The translations under genes were made by a program, and so were the position numbers. From positions 1 through 64,000 of the IMG/VR virus record IMGVR_UViG_3300033475_000011: a stretch of 64,000 nucleotides of DNA. One strand, 5' to 3'. Of this stretch, positions 17,885 through 26,983 are shown piece by piece. Source of the DNA: a virus (lineage: Duplodnaviria > Caudoviricetes). Each line of letters opens with the position of its first letter. Within the stretch, counting starts at the first letter, position 1. The notes under the pieces are model-generated. The model was not told the origin of the DNA and did no database searches. It saw nothing but the letters and a program-made list of their open reading frames with translations.

Positions 17885-18188
17885 CCTGATCGCGTTCCTG
17901 CGGGCACGAGTGGCCGAGGACAAGCAGGCGGCCGAAGAACTGTGGCTCCCAGCTGAACTCATGGACACCGTTGCCGACACCAAGCGCGTGCTGGCGGAGG
18001 TGGACTCCAAGAGGAGAATCGTCGAGCACGTTGTGGATTCGATAGCAGGTTGGGACGCGGACGCCGATGAAGGACCGACTGACCGGGCTGACGCGAACTG
18101 CGCGATCACCGACCTGCGACACGTGCTGAAGCTGCTCGCTCTGCCCGACGCTGGGCATCCGGATTACCAGGAAGGCTGGCGTCCGTGA
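17877..18188 (+). CDS. DUF6221-like protein
   Basis: DLIAFLRARVAED...VLAEVDSKRRIV...LKLLALP..GHPDYQEGW. Confidence 0.8.
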   Translation: MDDLIAFLRARVAEDKQAAEELWLPAELMDTVADTKRVLAEVDSKRRIVEHVVDSIAGWDADADEGPTDRADANCAITDLRHVLKLLALPDAGHPDYQEGWRP

Positions 18189-18535
18189 GCGGGGACCTGG
18201 TGTCGCGGCTTCTCGCCGCGATCGACGAGACCGCGGAAAACGCCGTACTGATCCACTCCTGCGACTGCCTCACAACACGGTGGTCCGAAGGACTCGATAG
18301 CTGCGACTGTCCTCAGCCAGATCGTATCCGCCGCCGCTGCGCAGCAGACCGGAAGCTCATCGAAGCGGCCAGCAAGTGGGTCGTAGACATCGACGAGCAC
18401 GGCAACTACAAGCGCCAGCCAGGCGACACCACCGGCGCGCAGGAAGTGACCCTGATCGAGAGCCTGGCCGGGACCTGGCACGGCGTGCTGGAGACACTGG
18501 CCGCTGGCTACGGCATTACCGAGGAGGACAAGTGA
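18185..18535 (+). CDS. DUF6221-like paralog
   Basis: RRCAADRKLIE...VLETLAAGYG. Confidence 0.6.
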   Translation: MSGDLVSRLLAAIDETAENAVLIHSCDCLTTRWSEGLDSCDCPQPDRIRRRCAADRKLIEAASKWVVDIDEHGNYKRQPGDTTGAQEVTLIESLAGTWHGVLETLAAGYGITEEDK

Positions 18536-18741
18536 GCGACAGCATCGAAACCAAGTGCGAGGTCATCGAAGTGACCCGCGAGGACCTGGAGGCGCAGCGT
18601 GCCGAGATCCTGGCCCGCTACGGCATCGAACCGGGCACCAGGATCGCCGAGGAATGCGGCTGCTGTCCCGCGGTGGACATCGGGTGGGGATCCTTCCAGG
18701 GTCTGCGGGACATCGCGTTCCTGCTCGGGGAGGACAAGTGA
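18532..18741 (+). CDS. hypothetical protein
   Basis: GAGGAGG RBS; GTGA overlap. Confidence 0.55.
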   Translation: MSDSIETKCEVIEVTREDLEAQRAEILARYGIEPGTRIAEECGCCPAVDIGWGSFQGLRDIAFLLGEDK

Positions 18742-18747
18742 GCACCT

Positions 18748-18933
18748 GTGGATGAGGTCACCGAGTACGCGATCCGCATGTCCGGTGGCGGCATGCATGT
18801 CCGCAAAGCGCACCCGCAGATCGAACGCATCTTCCCGCTCGCCGAGTGGATGAAGCACACCCAGCGCGATGGCGGCCGGGTGTATCGGCGACGGGTTATC
18901 GTGGTTGAGGACTGGACCGAGGTGACCGAGTGA
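18748..18933 (+). CDS. hypothetical protein
   Basis: Coupled chain. Confidence 0.5.
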   Translation: MDEVTEYAIRMSGGGMHVRKAHPQIERIFPLAEWMKHTQRDGGRVYRRRVIVVEDWTEVTE

Positions 18934-19130
18934 GCATCATCGGGAAGATCGTGGACTGGTTCGACTGTTGGCGTGGCGACCACGACTGGTACACCGAGAC
19001 CCGCAGCGACGGGGTTCTTCTCCGTACCGAACTGTGCAGCGCCTGCGGGAGCCCGCACCCCCAAGCGTTCCAAGCATTGGACTACTCCCGTCCTGCTGAC
19101 CCGGTTGGGGAAGACCCCGAATGCGAGTAG
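18930..19130 (+). CDS. small Cys/His protein
   Basis: CWRGDHDW...CSACG. Confidence 0.5.
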   Translation: MSIIGKIVDWFDCWRGDHDWYTETRSDGVLLRTELCSACGSPHPQAFQALDYSRPADPVGEDPECE

Positions 19131-19602
19131 CCGCCGAAGAGCCTGATGGCCCCGGTCGGCGGCTACCAATACCGGTAGGCGGCGGTGAGTGCGGCGTTCC
19201 GCTCGTCCTGGTCGTCGAGATCCGGCGTGTCTAGCTGGACAAACACTGCGCATCACGCGAAACTGGTAAAGTCCTAGATCGCGTGAACCAGTGATCTAGG
19301 AGCCAGTCTTCCGGAGTTGGTGTGCACGCCACCCGGCAGCGACCTCGGTACTTCTCCTGGTAGCCCGAGGCAACGTGATGGCAGGAGACGAGGCCGCGCG
19401 CTACGGCCAGGAACGAAGCCCCCAGGGCATGGTGAAGAGGCCCGCCGGGTGGATATCCTCCGGCGGGCCTCGCCCCTGACTTCCCGGGCAAGTGACGCTG
19501 CAGTTGGAGCACGGGAATCAAGCCCCCTTGGACGGCCATCCGAGGGGGCTTCTTACTTCCAGCCGTAACCCGTCACCGGCTGGCCATATCAGGGAGGTCC
19601 CC

Positions 19603-19899
19603 ATGGACGAGCTGGCCGAACTGCTCGGGATCGACTACAGCGACCCCGTGCAGCGTCTCGCCCGCGACCTCACCGAGAACGACTACGCCCTGATCGGCAG
19701 CCTGGTCGAGATCCGCAAAGCGAAGGGTCTCACCCGCGCGGACGTAGCCGAACGCATGGGGACAACGGTCGCCGCAGTTGGCGACCTGGAGACCGTCAGC
19801 TCTGACCCGCGCATGTCCATCCTCCGCCGCTACGCCATGGCCGTCGGCGCTCTCATGACCACAACGGTCGCGCCAGTCCACATCGACGCGGCGGCGTAA
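19603..19899 (+). CDS. XRE-family HTH protein (HigA antitoxin-like)
   Basis: LVEIRKAKGLTRADVAERMGTT..AVGDLE...P.MS.LRRYA; GGGAGG RBS. Confidence 0.8.
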   Translation: MDELAELLGIDYSDPVQRLARDLTENDYALIGSLVEIRKAKGLTRADVAERMGTTVAAVGDLETVSSDPRMSILRRYAMAVGALMTTTVAPVHIDAAA

Positions 19900-20040
19900 C
19901 CACCGAGACGGCACACCCCCGACGTTCCCCCACGGGATTCCCGGGACTGGTGTGTCTGCGGCGGCAGCCCGGCATGGTGCCCAGGGAGAGCCTGGGACAG
20001 GGCCCCTTGTCCCCTCATGAAACACCGCGGCTGCCGCCCC

Positions 20041-20238
20041 CTACTTGCCTGGATCAACCCCCAGGCCCTCCAGCAGCGACACCACCCGCTGTTCCTCGGC
20101 ACGTAGCGTCTCCAGCCGGCCAGGATCAGGAAACACCACCTCGGCCCGCTCATACGCGGCGATGGCTGCCCGCAGCTCCCGCAGCCGGCGCATGGTGGCC
20201 TCAACCTGTTGCTGCCTCGTGTACGACACGACCCGCAA
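20041..20238 (-). CDS. hypothetical protein
   Basis: Short helical ORF. Confidence 0.4.
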   Translation of the reverse strand: MRVVSYTRQQQVEATMRRLRELRAAIAAYERAEVVFPDPGRLETLRAEEQRVVSLLEGLGVDPGK

Positions 20239-20365
20239 CCTACCGTGACTACTCTTATTTGACGGTCATTTGCACCCCCGCGGACCCAGGCCACGGAAAC
20301 ACCCTCTGACCTGCGCAAACCTATTTGCACACCTACTTCACTCGTCCTGCCATAAGGGGGTTGAC

Positions 20366-20902
20366 ATGGCCTACAACCCACACAGCAAGGCGAACAACGC
20401 CGAACAGGCTGAGAAGCAGGTCACGGCCTACAACTACCGGCTCCGTGGCCACAGCCTGCGTGAGATCGGGAAGCTGATGGGTGTCTCGCACGAGACGGCG
20501 CGGAAGCTCGTGTCGCTTGAGGCGGATGCGCGTGTGCTGCCGTTGGCGGATGAGCTACGGAAGCAGCAGCTGGACCGGCTGAACGACATGCGTTTGAAGG
20601 CGATGGCTGTCCTGGAGCGGGAGCATGTGCATATCGCTGAGGGCCGGGTGGTTCGGGATAAGGATCCGGAGACGGGCGAGTTTTCAGATCCGATCGTGGA
20701 TGATGGCCCGGTGTTGGCGGCGATTGACCGGTTGGTGAAGATCGAGGATCGCATGTCCAAGCTGCTAGGACTCGACGCGCCTGTTCAGTCGGAGATTGCG
20801 GCGGTGGTGGAGCACAAGCCCACCGAGGTGCTTTCGTTGATCGAGCAGACGCGGGCGAGGGTGGCTGAGGACGAAGCCCGACTTCGCGGTGAGGCGGGCT
20901 AG
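20366..20902 (+). CDS. terS: terminase small subunit (HTH)
   Basis: YRLRGHSLREIGKLMGVSHETAR...AAIDRLVKIEDRMSKLLGLDAP. Confidence 0.75.
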   Translation: MAYNPHSKANNAEQAEKQVTAYNYRLRGHSLREIGKLMGVSHETARKLVSLEADARVLPLADELRKQQLDRLNDMRLKAMAVLEREHVHIAEGRVVRDKDPETGEFSDPIVDDGPVLAAIDRLVKIEDRMSKLLGLDAPVQSEIAAVVEHKPTEVLSLIEQTRARVAEDEARLRGEAG

Positions 20903-20924
20903 AACGCCACCGGGACGACTTCGC

Positions 20925-21116
20925 TCAGCTGCGCTCCCCGTGAAGACTCTTGGACACAAGCTTGGCGCATAGTGCCAGCGCCTCCAGCGGCGTGTTTCCG
21001 TGTTCCACGAACAGCCCGTATAACTCGCCGAGGCCGGAGGCCGGGATGCGCTGGCCATCCTTTGCGATGAAGGTGTAGGGGGCGGCTGCGCCCTGGCCGT
21101 CGGTGCTCTCGGTCAC
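20925..21116 (-). CDS. hypothetical protein
   Basis: Leftward coupled chain, AAGGA RBS. Confidence 0.5.
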   Translation of the reverse strand: MTESTDGQGAAAPYTFIAKDGQRIPASGLGELYGLFVEHGNTPLEALALCAKLVSKSLHGERS

Positions 21117-21289
21117 TGCTGTTCCTTCGCTGCAGGCAGGGGCGGTAGTTGGGTGACGGGTGCCAAGCCTCGCTGTTCGCAGGCTGCGCAGTGTGTGCGG
21201 GGTTCCCCGGTGACGGGGTATCGGGTGAGGTAGATCCGGCCGTCACAGTCGCGGGTGGCGCACTCGGGCCACCGGTTGGTGTCGGTCAC
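21113..21289 (-). CDS. small Zn-binding protein
   Basis: CATRDC...HCAAC. Confidence 0.5.
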   Translation of the reverse strand: MTDTNRWPECATRDCDGRIYLTRYPVTGEPRTHCAACEQRGLAPVTQLPPLPAAKEQQ

Positions 21290-21501
21290 TACAGCCCCCT
21301 GGTCAGTTCGTCGATGCGGGCCACTAGGCGTTCGTTGGCGGCGGCCATGACCTGGGTCCACACGACACCGGGCGACTCATCCTGCAGTCCGTTGTTCAGC
21401 GCTTCAATGACGGTTTGGATCGCCGCTGCGGCGTGCTGGGTGGCGGTCGCCATGCCGGCGAAGGCGGTGCTGAGGTGTGCCGCATAGTTGGTTTCGCTCA
21501 C
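21289..21501 (-). CDS. hypothetical protein
   Basis: AAGGAG RBS; GTGA overlap. Confidence 0.5.
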   Translation of the reverse strand: MSETNYAAHLSTAFAGMATATQHAAAAIQTVIEALNNGLQDESPGVVWTQVMAAANERLVARIDELTRGL

Positions 21502-21674
21502 TGTTGCTCCTTCTTGGTGTTGTAGAGGTCCACTCCGAGTAGCCCGGCCAGGACACGACGCCACAACGGCAGCGTGACCACGTCCGGGTGCTGGCATGGA
21601 CAGTACTTGGCGTACACGCCGCAGCGACGACACAGCTGCGTGTACCACGGATGGCCACTGCCCTGCGGGTTCAC
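21498..21674 (-). CDS. small Cys-rich protein
   Basis: CRRC..CPC; GTGA overlap. Confidence 0.5.
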   Translation of the reverse strand: MNPQGSGHPWYTQLCRRCGVYAKYCPCQHPDVVTLPLWRRVLAGLLGVDLYNTKKEQQ

Positions 21675-21823
21675 GGCTTGTCCTTGCGGGGCTCGTTGGG
21701 GCCGACCCTGGTCCCCTTGTCGCCGTTGCCTTTGGTGCGGGCGATCCCGCACGGCATGTTGCCGGCGATCTTGCCGTACTTGCTGTCGACTACTCCGTAG
21801 GGGCGTTCCTTCTTGGCGGTCAT
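21671..21823 (-). CDS. small basic protein
   Basis: AGGAAGGAACC RBS. Confidence 0.5.
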   Translation of the reverse strand: MTAKKERPYGVVDSKYGKIAGNMPCGIARTKGNGDKGTRVGPNEPRKDKP

Positions 21824-21870
21824 CTTGCTGGTTCCTTCCTTCCATGGGTTGGGGGCTTGTAGCCCGACAC

Positions 21871-22152
21871 TCAACGAGACTCAGGTAGGTCGTCGGCGAT
21901 CTGAAACGCCCGCAACGCCGCATCGGTGAGCCCGTCAGCACGGCGACGATCCGGTGTCGACCATCCACGTGTGCGGCGGATCTCCTCCGCCTCTGCATCC
22001 AACACCTCGCCGAACTTGTTCAGCATGGCCCTGACGGCGTTGCGGACATGGTTGTCGTCCTGGTCTTCCCAGAGGACACGACCGGGGAAGTTGACCGCGT
22101 ACAGGTGCTCCCGTGCTGCTGCCATCATCTGGTCGGCGATGCCCTCGGTCAT
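21871..22152 (-). CDS. hypothetical protein
   Basis: AGGAAGGAACC RBS. Confidence 0.55.
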   Translation of the reverse strand: MTEGIADQMMAAAREHLYAVNFPGRVLWEDQDDNHVRNAVRAMLNKFGEVLDAEAEEIRRTRGWSTPDRRRADGLTDAALRAFQIADDLPESR

Positions 22153-22203
22153 GCGTGTGGTTCCTTCCTGGTCTGGGTAGAAGTCAACGAGACTCAGGCT
22201 GGC

Positions 22204-22437
22204 TCACTCGTACAGGGCCTGGGCGATCTCCGGTGCCCCGTCGTGCACCTTGCGGATCTCGATGCGGATCTCGTCCGAGCCGGCGACGATTACCCCGTCG
22301 AACGAGGCGACGATGGCGATGACCTCTTTGAGGGTCTTGTTCTCGTGGATCTCGATCTCTCCGTCGATGGCTACGACAACGTCGTAGGACGGGTTGATTG
22401 CGTTGGCGATGTCGATGTTCGGGGCGTCCTCGGTCAT
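22204..22437 (-). CDS. hypothetical acidic protein
   Basis: AAGGAG RBS. Confidence 0.55.
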   Translation of the reverse strand: MTEDAPNIDIANAINPSYDVVVAIDGEIEIHENKTLKEVIAIVASFDGVIVAGSDEIRIEIRKVHDGAPEIAQALYE

Positions 22438-22488
22438 CGTGTTCGTCTCCTTTGTGGTGGTCGGGCACTTGAGAGTGGGGTAGCGGCA

Positions 22489-22761
22489 CTACGCGGCAGG
22501 CGCGAGCTTCTCCGCCTTCTTGGCGCACTTCTTGCACAGAGGCAGCTTCTCGAACGGCTTCACCTTGTGTCGGTACTCGCGCTCGGACCGCTCCTCGTGG
22601 AACGACTGGTCGTACACCTGAACCGGATTAGAGTCGGTGCTGCACAGCGCGGAGCCGCTGAACCCGTAGCCGAGAAAGTGCGGCGTCATCCTCGGCGTGT
22701 AGTGCCGCTTGGTCTGGTACCAGTTCGACGCCTCGATCAAGTCGTCGCGGTCGATCATCAT
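22489..22761 (-). CDS. small Zn-binding protein
   Basis: H..G..F...ALC...LCKKC. Confidence 0.55.
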   Translation of the reverse strand: MMIDRDDLIEASNWYQTKRHYTPRMTPHFLGYGFSGSALCSTDSNPVQVYDQSFHEERSEREYRHKVKPFEKLPLCKKCAKKAEKLAPAA

Positions 22762-22967
22762 CGTCGTTCCTTTCCGGGATGCCAACCTTCGGGCATGCGC
22801 TTGGTGGCGTAGGCGAGGAGCCGTCGGGCTGCTTCGGACCAGGAGATGCCGTCCCTGTCGGCGATCCGCTGGATGGCGTCGTGGCCAGTCTTGGCTAGCC
22901 GCACGGCGTAGGACTTGCGTCCCTCGCCTTCGGCGGGTTCTGACGGGGTGGTCTTGCGGTCGTTCAC
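22758..22967 (-). CDS. ribbon-helix-helix regulator
   Basis: SYAVRL...IQRIADRDGISWSEAARRLL. Confidence 0.75.
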   Translation of the reverse strand: MNDRKTTPSEPAEGEGRKSYAVRLAKTGHDAIQRIADRDGISWSEAARRLLAYATKRMPEGWHPGKERR

Positions 22968-22984
22968 CTACCGATTCTAGCACA

Positions 22985-23007
22985 TCCGTATTCAAAGTGA
23001 ATACGGA
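22985..23007. promoter_or_regulatory. palindromic operator
   Basis: TCCGTATTCA-AAG-TGAATACGGA upstream of the RHH gene, next to a TAGAAT -10. Confidence 0.6.
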
Positions 23008-23083
23008 ATCTACCTGGGGAAATGCGGTTTCGGAGTGTCCTTCCGTCACCGGTGGGAGAGAACGATCTTCAGGAGGTGACCTG

Positions 23084-23368
23084 ATGCCCAGTGGTCTCCA
23101 AACCAGCCCCCAAGGCCGCAAGCTCTGGAAGTGGCTGACCGGACCTGAGGGTTTCGCCATGTACTCCGGCAGCCCGCATCCGTGGACCACGTTGCGGGAC
23201 TTCCTCATCAAGCACGGTGTCTCGCCGGCGCAAGCCGATGGGGAAGCCACGAACGTAATGTTGGCGTCCAGCGCCGGCCGCGTCCTGTTCCGCCTGCATC
23301 ACGGCAAACACCAGAGCGGCCCGAGCGCCGGCGAGCAGATCGCCGCCCGGGTCAAGGGCGGCAAGTGA
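23084..23368 (+). CDS. hypothetical actinophage protein
   Basis: AGGAGG RBS; HPWTTLRDFL. Confidence 0.6.
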   Translation: MPSGLQTSPQGRKLWKWLTGPEGFAMYSGSPHPWTTLRDFLIKHGVSPAQADGEATNVMLASSAGRVLFRLHHGKHQSGPSAGEQIAARVKGGK

Positions 23369-23444
23369 AGCCCAGGCCGGTCAAACCCCGGCCCGTGAAG
23401 AGACCCACCAAACCGCGTCCGATCTCGGCACCGCATTGAACGTC

Positions 23445-23474
23445 CCAGCCCGATGGAAGTGGGCTGGGCTTTTT
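23445..23474 (+). terminator. intrinsic terminator
   Basis: CCCAGCCC...GGGCTGGG stem followed by a T-tract. Confidence 0.7.
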
Positions 23475-23536
23475 TGTGCCATCCGGCACGAATCCAACAC
23501 ACCCCGGGATGGGGTGCTCCCTGAAAGGTGGGCGGG

Positions 23537-24031
23537 ATGCCCAAGGAAAACATCAACGACTGGGTAACGGACGGCTTCCGCATGGAGGTCTCGTGGCGGG
23601 CAGAGGAACGTGTCTGCCCGTGCGGCATGGTCTGGGCCGCGGCGGTGGCGACATGCCCTGAGTGCGGCCGGGCGGACGTGCCGGTCACCAGTGGACATGT
23701 GCAGGTCGCCAGCGTGAACCAACACAGCAAGTTCGCATTCAACAAGCTTGACGGGGAACCGGAACCGTTCGACGGATGGCGGGTCACGCTCGACACCGAT
23801 GGGATTGACCGCGCGATCGCGGCACTCGTCCGCGCCCAGAAGATGGCGTTCCCGGACGACACCGAAGACCTGCTCTACGAAGCGTGGGGCATCATCGCGA
23901 ACGCAGGTTGGGACGCGCACCGCCCCAACCTGACGAACCTGGAGAAGTCGCCGGGTTGGCACGAAGCGGCGATCCGGTGGCGCGACCGCTATCACGCGCG
24001 GCTCAGCAGGAACTCGACCGGTGGCCGATGA
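23537..24031 (+). CDS. hypothetical protein with CxC...CxxC motif
   Basis: GAAAGG RBS. Confidence 0.55.
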   Translation: MPKENINDWVTDGFRMEVSWRAEERVCPCGMVWAAAVATCPECGRADVPVTSGHVQVASVNQHSKFAFNKLDGEPEPFDGWRVTLDTDGIDRAIAALVRAQKMAFPDDTEDLLYEAWGIIANAGWDAHRPNLTNLEKSPGWHEAAIRWRDRYHARLSRNSTGGR

Positions 24032-24299
24032 GCGCACAGTGGAGCAGCGTCAAGCTGACGAAGCTCTCGCTGCTGCTATTGACCGTGTAACCCGCGTCTA
24101 CAGCGCACTCGAACCGGCGACTGTGATCACCGGCTGGGTCGTTGTCGGTACCGGGCTCGCCGCTGACGGCTCGGGTGATCTGTACCCGGACTTCGTGCTG
24201 CTTCCCGACAACGGGCGCGGGATGAGCCATGTGCAGATCATCGGGATGTTGCGGGCGGCCTCACTTCGCGTTGAGGCGAGCTACGTGTCCCCGGATTGA
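24021..24299 (+). CDS. hypothetical protein
   Basis: Overlaps the upstream stop. Confidence 0.55.
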   Translation: MADERTVEQRQADEALAAAIDRVTRVYSALEPATVITGWVVVGTGLAADGSGDLYPDFVLLPDNGRGMSHVQIIGMLRAASLRVEASYVSPD

Positions 24300-24394
24300 T
24301 ACCCGTCTCCCGTGGCTTGATCACTGCGGGTTTGGAAGGCCCCGGCGCTCCTCCATGGCGTCGGGGCCTTCGCATTTCATGGAGAGGACACGAC

Positions 24395-25468
24395 ATGACG
24401 CTGTCGGTGAACCCTTCTGCACCCCTGCGTATCTGGATGTGGCTTGCCGATAACAGTGGGTGTGGATGACTCGGCTACTACCGTTGCATCCTCCCCGGCC
24501 ACGCCCTCGTTCAACGGGGGCATCTGGTGGCGATGGATGAGCGCATGCCCGAACGCATCCAAGCCGGCGAAGACGTAGACGTGATCGTCGCCCAACGCAC
24601 GTGTATGCCCGGGCCGACCCAACTGTGGCAGCGCTTGGCCCGCGAGGGCAACGCCAAGCTCGTGTTCGAGCTCGATGACGACCTGTGGAATGTGGAGCCC
24701 CACAACCGGGCCGCACATGAGCTGTATGTGCAGGGTGTGGTGCGGGACCAGTACGGGCGGGTGACGGATCGGGATGTGCCGATCGGCCAAAACCTGATCG
24801 ACAACATCACGGTGGCGGACGTGGTCACGGTGTCCACCGAGCCCCTGGCGGACCTCGTGTCCCGCTGGAACCCCAACGTCCACGTGCTACCGAACTGCAT
24901 CCCCTCCTGGCTGCTCGACCAACCCGCGCCGGCACAGGAGTCGGAGCGGGTCACGATCGGCTGGGGTGGATCCCCGAGTCATACCCGGGACTTCGGCGAA
25001 CTTGCCCGCCCGTTGAAGCGAGTCCTGCAGCGCTTCGGGGATGCCACCGAGTTCCACTGCGTCGGACCGGACTACACCAGCCGTGTCGCCTCACACCGCG
25101 GCCGCACACGGCACGCCAGGTGGTTCGACGGGGTGGAGGACTACCTCCGCGGCATCGACTTCCAGGTAGGGCTCGCCCCACTGCGGCCCTCGACGTTCAA
25201 CGACAGCAAGAGCGATCTCAAGCTGCTGGAACTGGCCGCTCTCGGCATCCCCGCAATCGTCTCACCCACCGGACCGTACGCCCGCGCTATCGCAGCGGGG
25301 GTGCCGGCCCGCACCGCTGCCGACCACAAGGCTTGGGAACGGGAACTCGTCGACCTCATCCAGTCCCCCGCAGACCGGGAACAGCTCGGCAAAGAAGCCC
25401 GCGAGTGGGCCGCGACCCGCGTCATCGACCAGCACGCACGCCTTTGGGAGGCCGCATATGCCGCGTGA
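24395..25468 (+). CDS. GT-B (GT4-like) glycosyltransferase; in-frame TGA at codon 25 (24467-24469)
   Basis: ADVVTVSTEPLA, IGWGGS..H, GLAPL..STFNDSKSDLKLLE.AALGIP; ATG 24395 with GGAGAGG RBS is in frame with ORF 24527..25468. Confidence 0.8.
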
Positions 25469-25552
25469 CCAGTTGAACGTGGTGGAGTGGTGGTCCCGCT
25501 ACTACCGGCTCGTAGTGATCTCCCTGGTGGCTTCGGGAACGTGGGTGCCGCG

Positions 25553-26176
25553 GTGATCCGCCACTACTACCACGTGTACGCCGACGGCCAGTGGCGTGAA
25601 CCGGTGAACGAACACCTCGCCGCGCTCGCCACCATCACGGAACCCATGCACCTGACTGTTGGGGTCGTGGGTGCTGAAGAGCACCGGCATGAGGCGATGC
25701 GGCACATCTCCTCCTACGCCTGGGTTAACCGCTGGGTCGAAGCCGACACTGGGTGGGAACAGGTCACGCTCCAACGCCTACGGGACGACCTGGCGTCGGG
25801 CCACAACAGCCCCGTCCTGTACGCGCACACGAAGGGCGCTTCGGACTGGTCCGAGATCAACGTGGTGTGGCGACAGTCCATGATCCGCCACGTCATCGGC
25901 AGGTGGCAGGAATGCCTCGAGCATCTCCGAACTGTGGACGCAGTGGGCTGTCACTGGCTCACCCGCGAGCAGTGGCCCGGGCTGATCACCACCCCGATCT
26001 TCGGCGGCAACTTCTGGTGGGCCAACCCCAGTTATCTCGAGACGCTGCCGCCTTTGCGCTACGACGATCGGTGGCAGGCCGAAGGCTGGATCGGGATCAA
26101 CAACCCCACCGCCCATGACCTGCTCCCAGGCTGGCCCAGTATCCCCCTGTGCACGGAGGTCTCCAATGCATGCTGA
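25553..26176 (+). CDS. putative glycosyltransferase-like protein (YxHTKG...GNFWW family)
   Basis: VLYAHTKGAS, DAVGC, FGGNFWWA, RWQAEGWIG; coupled through a 32-codon ORF at 25458..25556. Confidence 0.6.
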   Translation: MIRHYYHVYADGQWREPVNEHLAALATITEPMHLTVGVVGAEEHRHEAMRHISSYAWVNRWVEADTGWEQVTLQRLRDDLASGHNSPVLYAHTKGASDWSEINVVWRQSMIRHVIGRWQECLEHLRTVDAVGCHWLTREQWPGLITTPIFGGNFWWANPSYLETLPPLRYDDRWQAEGWIGINNPTAHDLLPGWPSIPLCTEVSNAC

Positions 26177-26669
26177 AGCGCATGACGGTGCGCGCCGCAT
26201 GCTCGCCCTGTCCGGGCTCGACCCCAACGGCACCTACCGTGGTCTCGACCTCGGCGGGGTGGACGTGAACGGCACCGCCCGTGGCCTGTTCCCCAACACC
26301 AGTTGGGTTGGCCTGGACATCACCCCGGGCCCCGGCGTGGACATCGTCGCCGACGCCCGCACATGGGAGCCCACCGAATGGTTCGACGTGGCGCTGTCCA
26401 CCGAACTGCTGGAGCACGTCGCACCGTGGCAGAAGTGCGTCTACACCGCCAGGAAAGCACTCAAGAACGACGGGGTGCTGATCCTCACCTGTGCCGGCCC
26501 TGGCCGCAACCCGCACAACTGCCGTGGACGGGACCAGTTGGACGAGGGAGAGGCATACAATAACGTCGACCCCATCGTCCTCGAACGCGTCCTATCCGGC
26601 CTGTTCGCCGAGTGGCATGTCACCTTCGACGCGACGCATTTCGACTGCTACGCATGGGCGAGGGCATAG
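26166..26669 (+). CDS. class I SAM-dependent methyltransferase
   Basis: GLDLGG, VGLDI.PGPGVDIV, ELLEHV, LK.DGVLIL. Confidence 0.88.
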   Translation: MHAEAHDGARRMLALSGLDPNGTYRGLDLGGVDVNGTARGLFPNTSWVGLDITPGPGVDIVADARTWEPTEWFDVALSTELLEHVAPWQKCVYTARKALKNDGVLILTCAGPGRNPHNCRGRDQLDEGEAYNNVDPIVLERVLSGLFAEWHVTFDATHFDCYAWARA

Positions 26670-26672
26670 GTA

Positions 26673-26852
26673 GTGGAGACGGTTGGGATCAGGGACCTCG
26701 CGGACGAGCTCAATGTCTCGGTGCAGTTGATCAAGGATCTGCTCTACGCTGGGAAACTCAAAGCCGTCGGGAACCGGGTCACGAAAGACTCCGCGGACGA
26801 GTTGCGGTGGCATCTCGCTGCACACAAGGCACTGCTCCAGGGGGACACGTGA
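26673..26852 (+). CDS. small HTH_17/excisionase-like DNA-binding protein
   Basis: GIRDLADELNVSVQLIKDLLYAGKL; read manually. Confidence 0.55.
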   Translation: METVGIRDLADELNVSVQLIKDLLYAGKLKAVGNRVTKDSADELRWHLAAHKALLQGDT

Positions 26853-26983
26853 GCAACCGCGACTTCGGGTAGGGAGTGTGCACGTATGATGCACGACATC
26901 GGAATCCTCCCTGGCGGCTTCGTCATACACCACTCGGTGTGCTGGTGCCGCCGCCCGGAAACAGCCAAACGGAGACAGGACGG

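Noticed and set aside
20899-22967. Invertible segment hypothesis for the leftward mini-gene block (and for 4558-14945)
   Set aside because: No flanking inverted repeats were found by eye; a computational IR search would be needed to revive it.
24467-24469. Selenocysteine recoding of the TGA
   Set aside because: No SECIS-like hairpin recognised just downstream and no Sec machinery in the window; an insertion or readthrough is more parsimonious.
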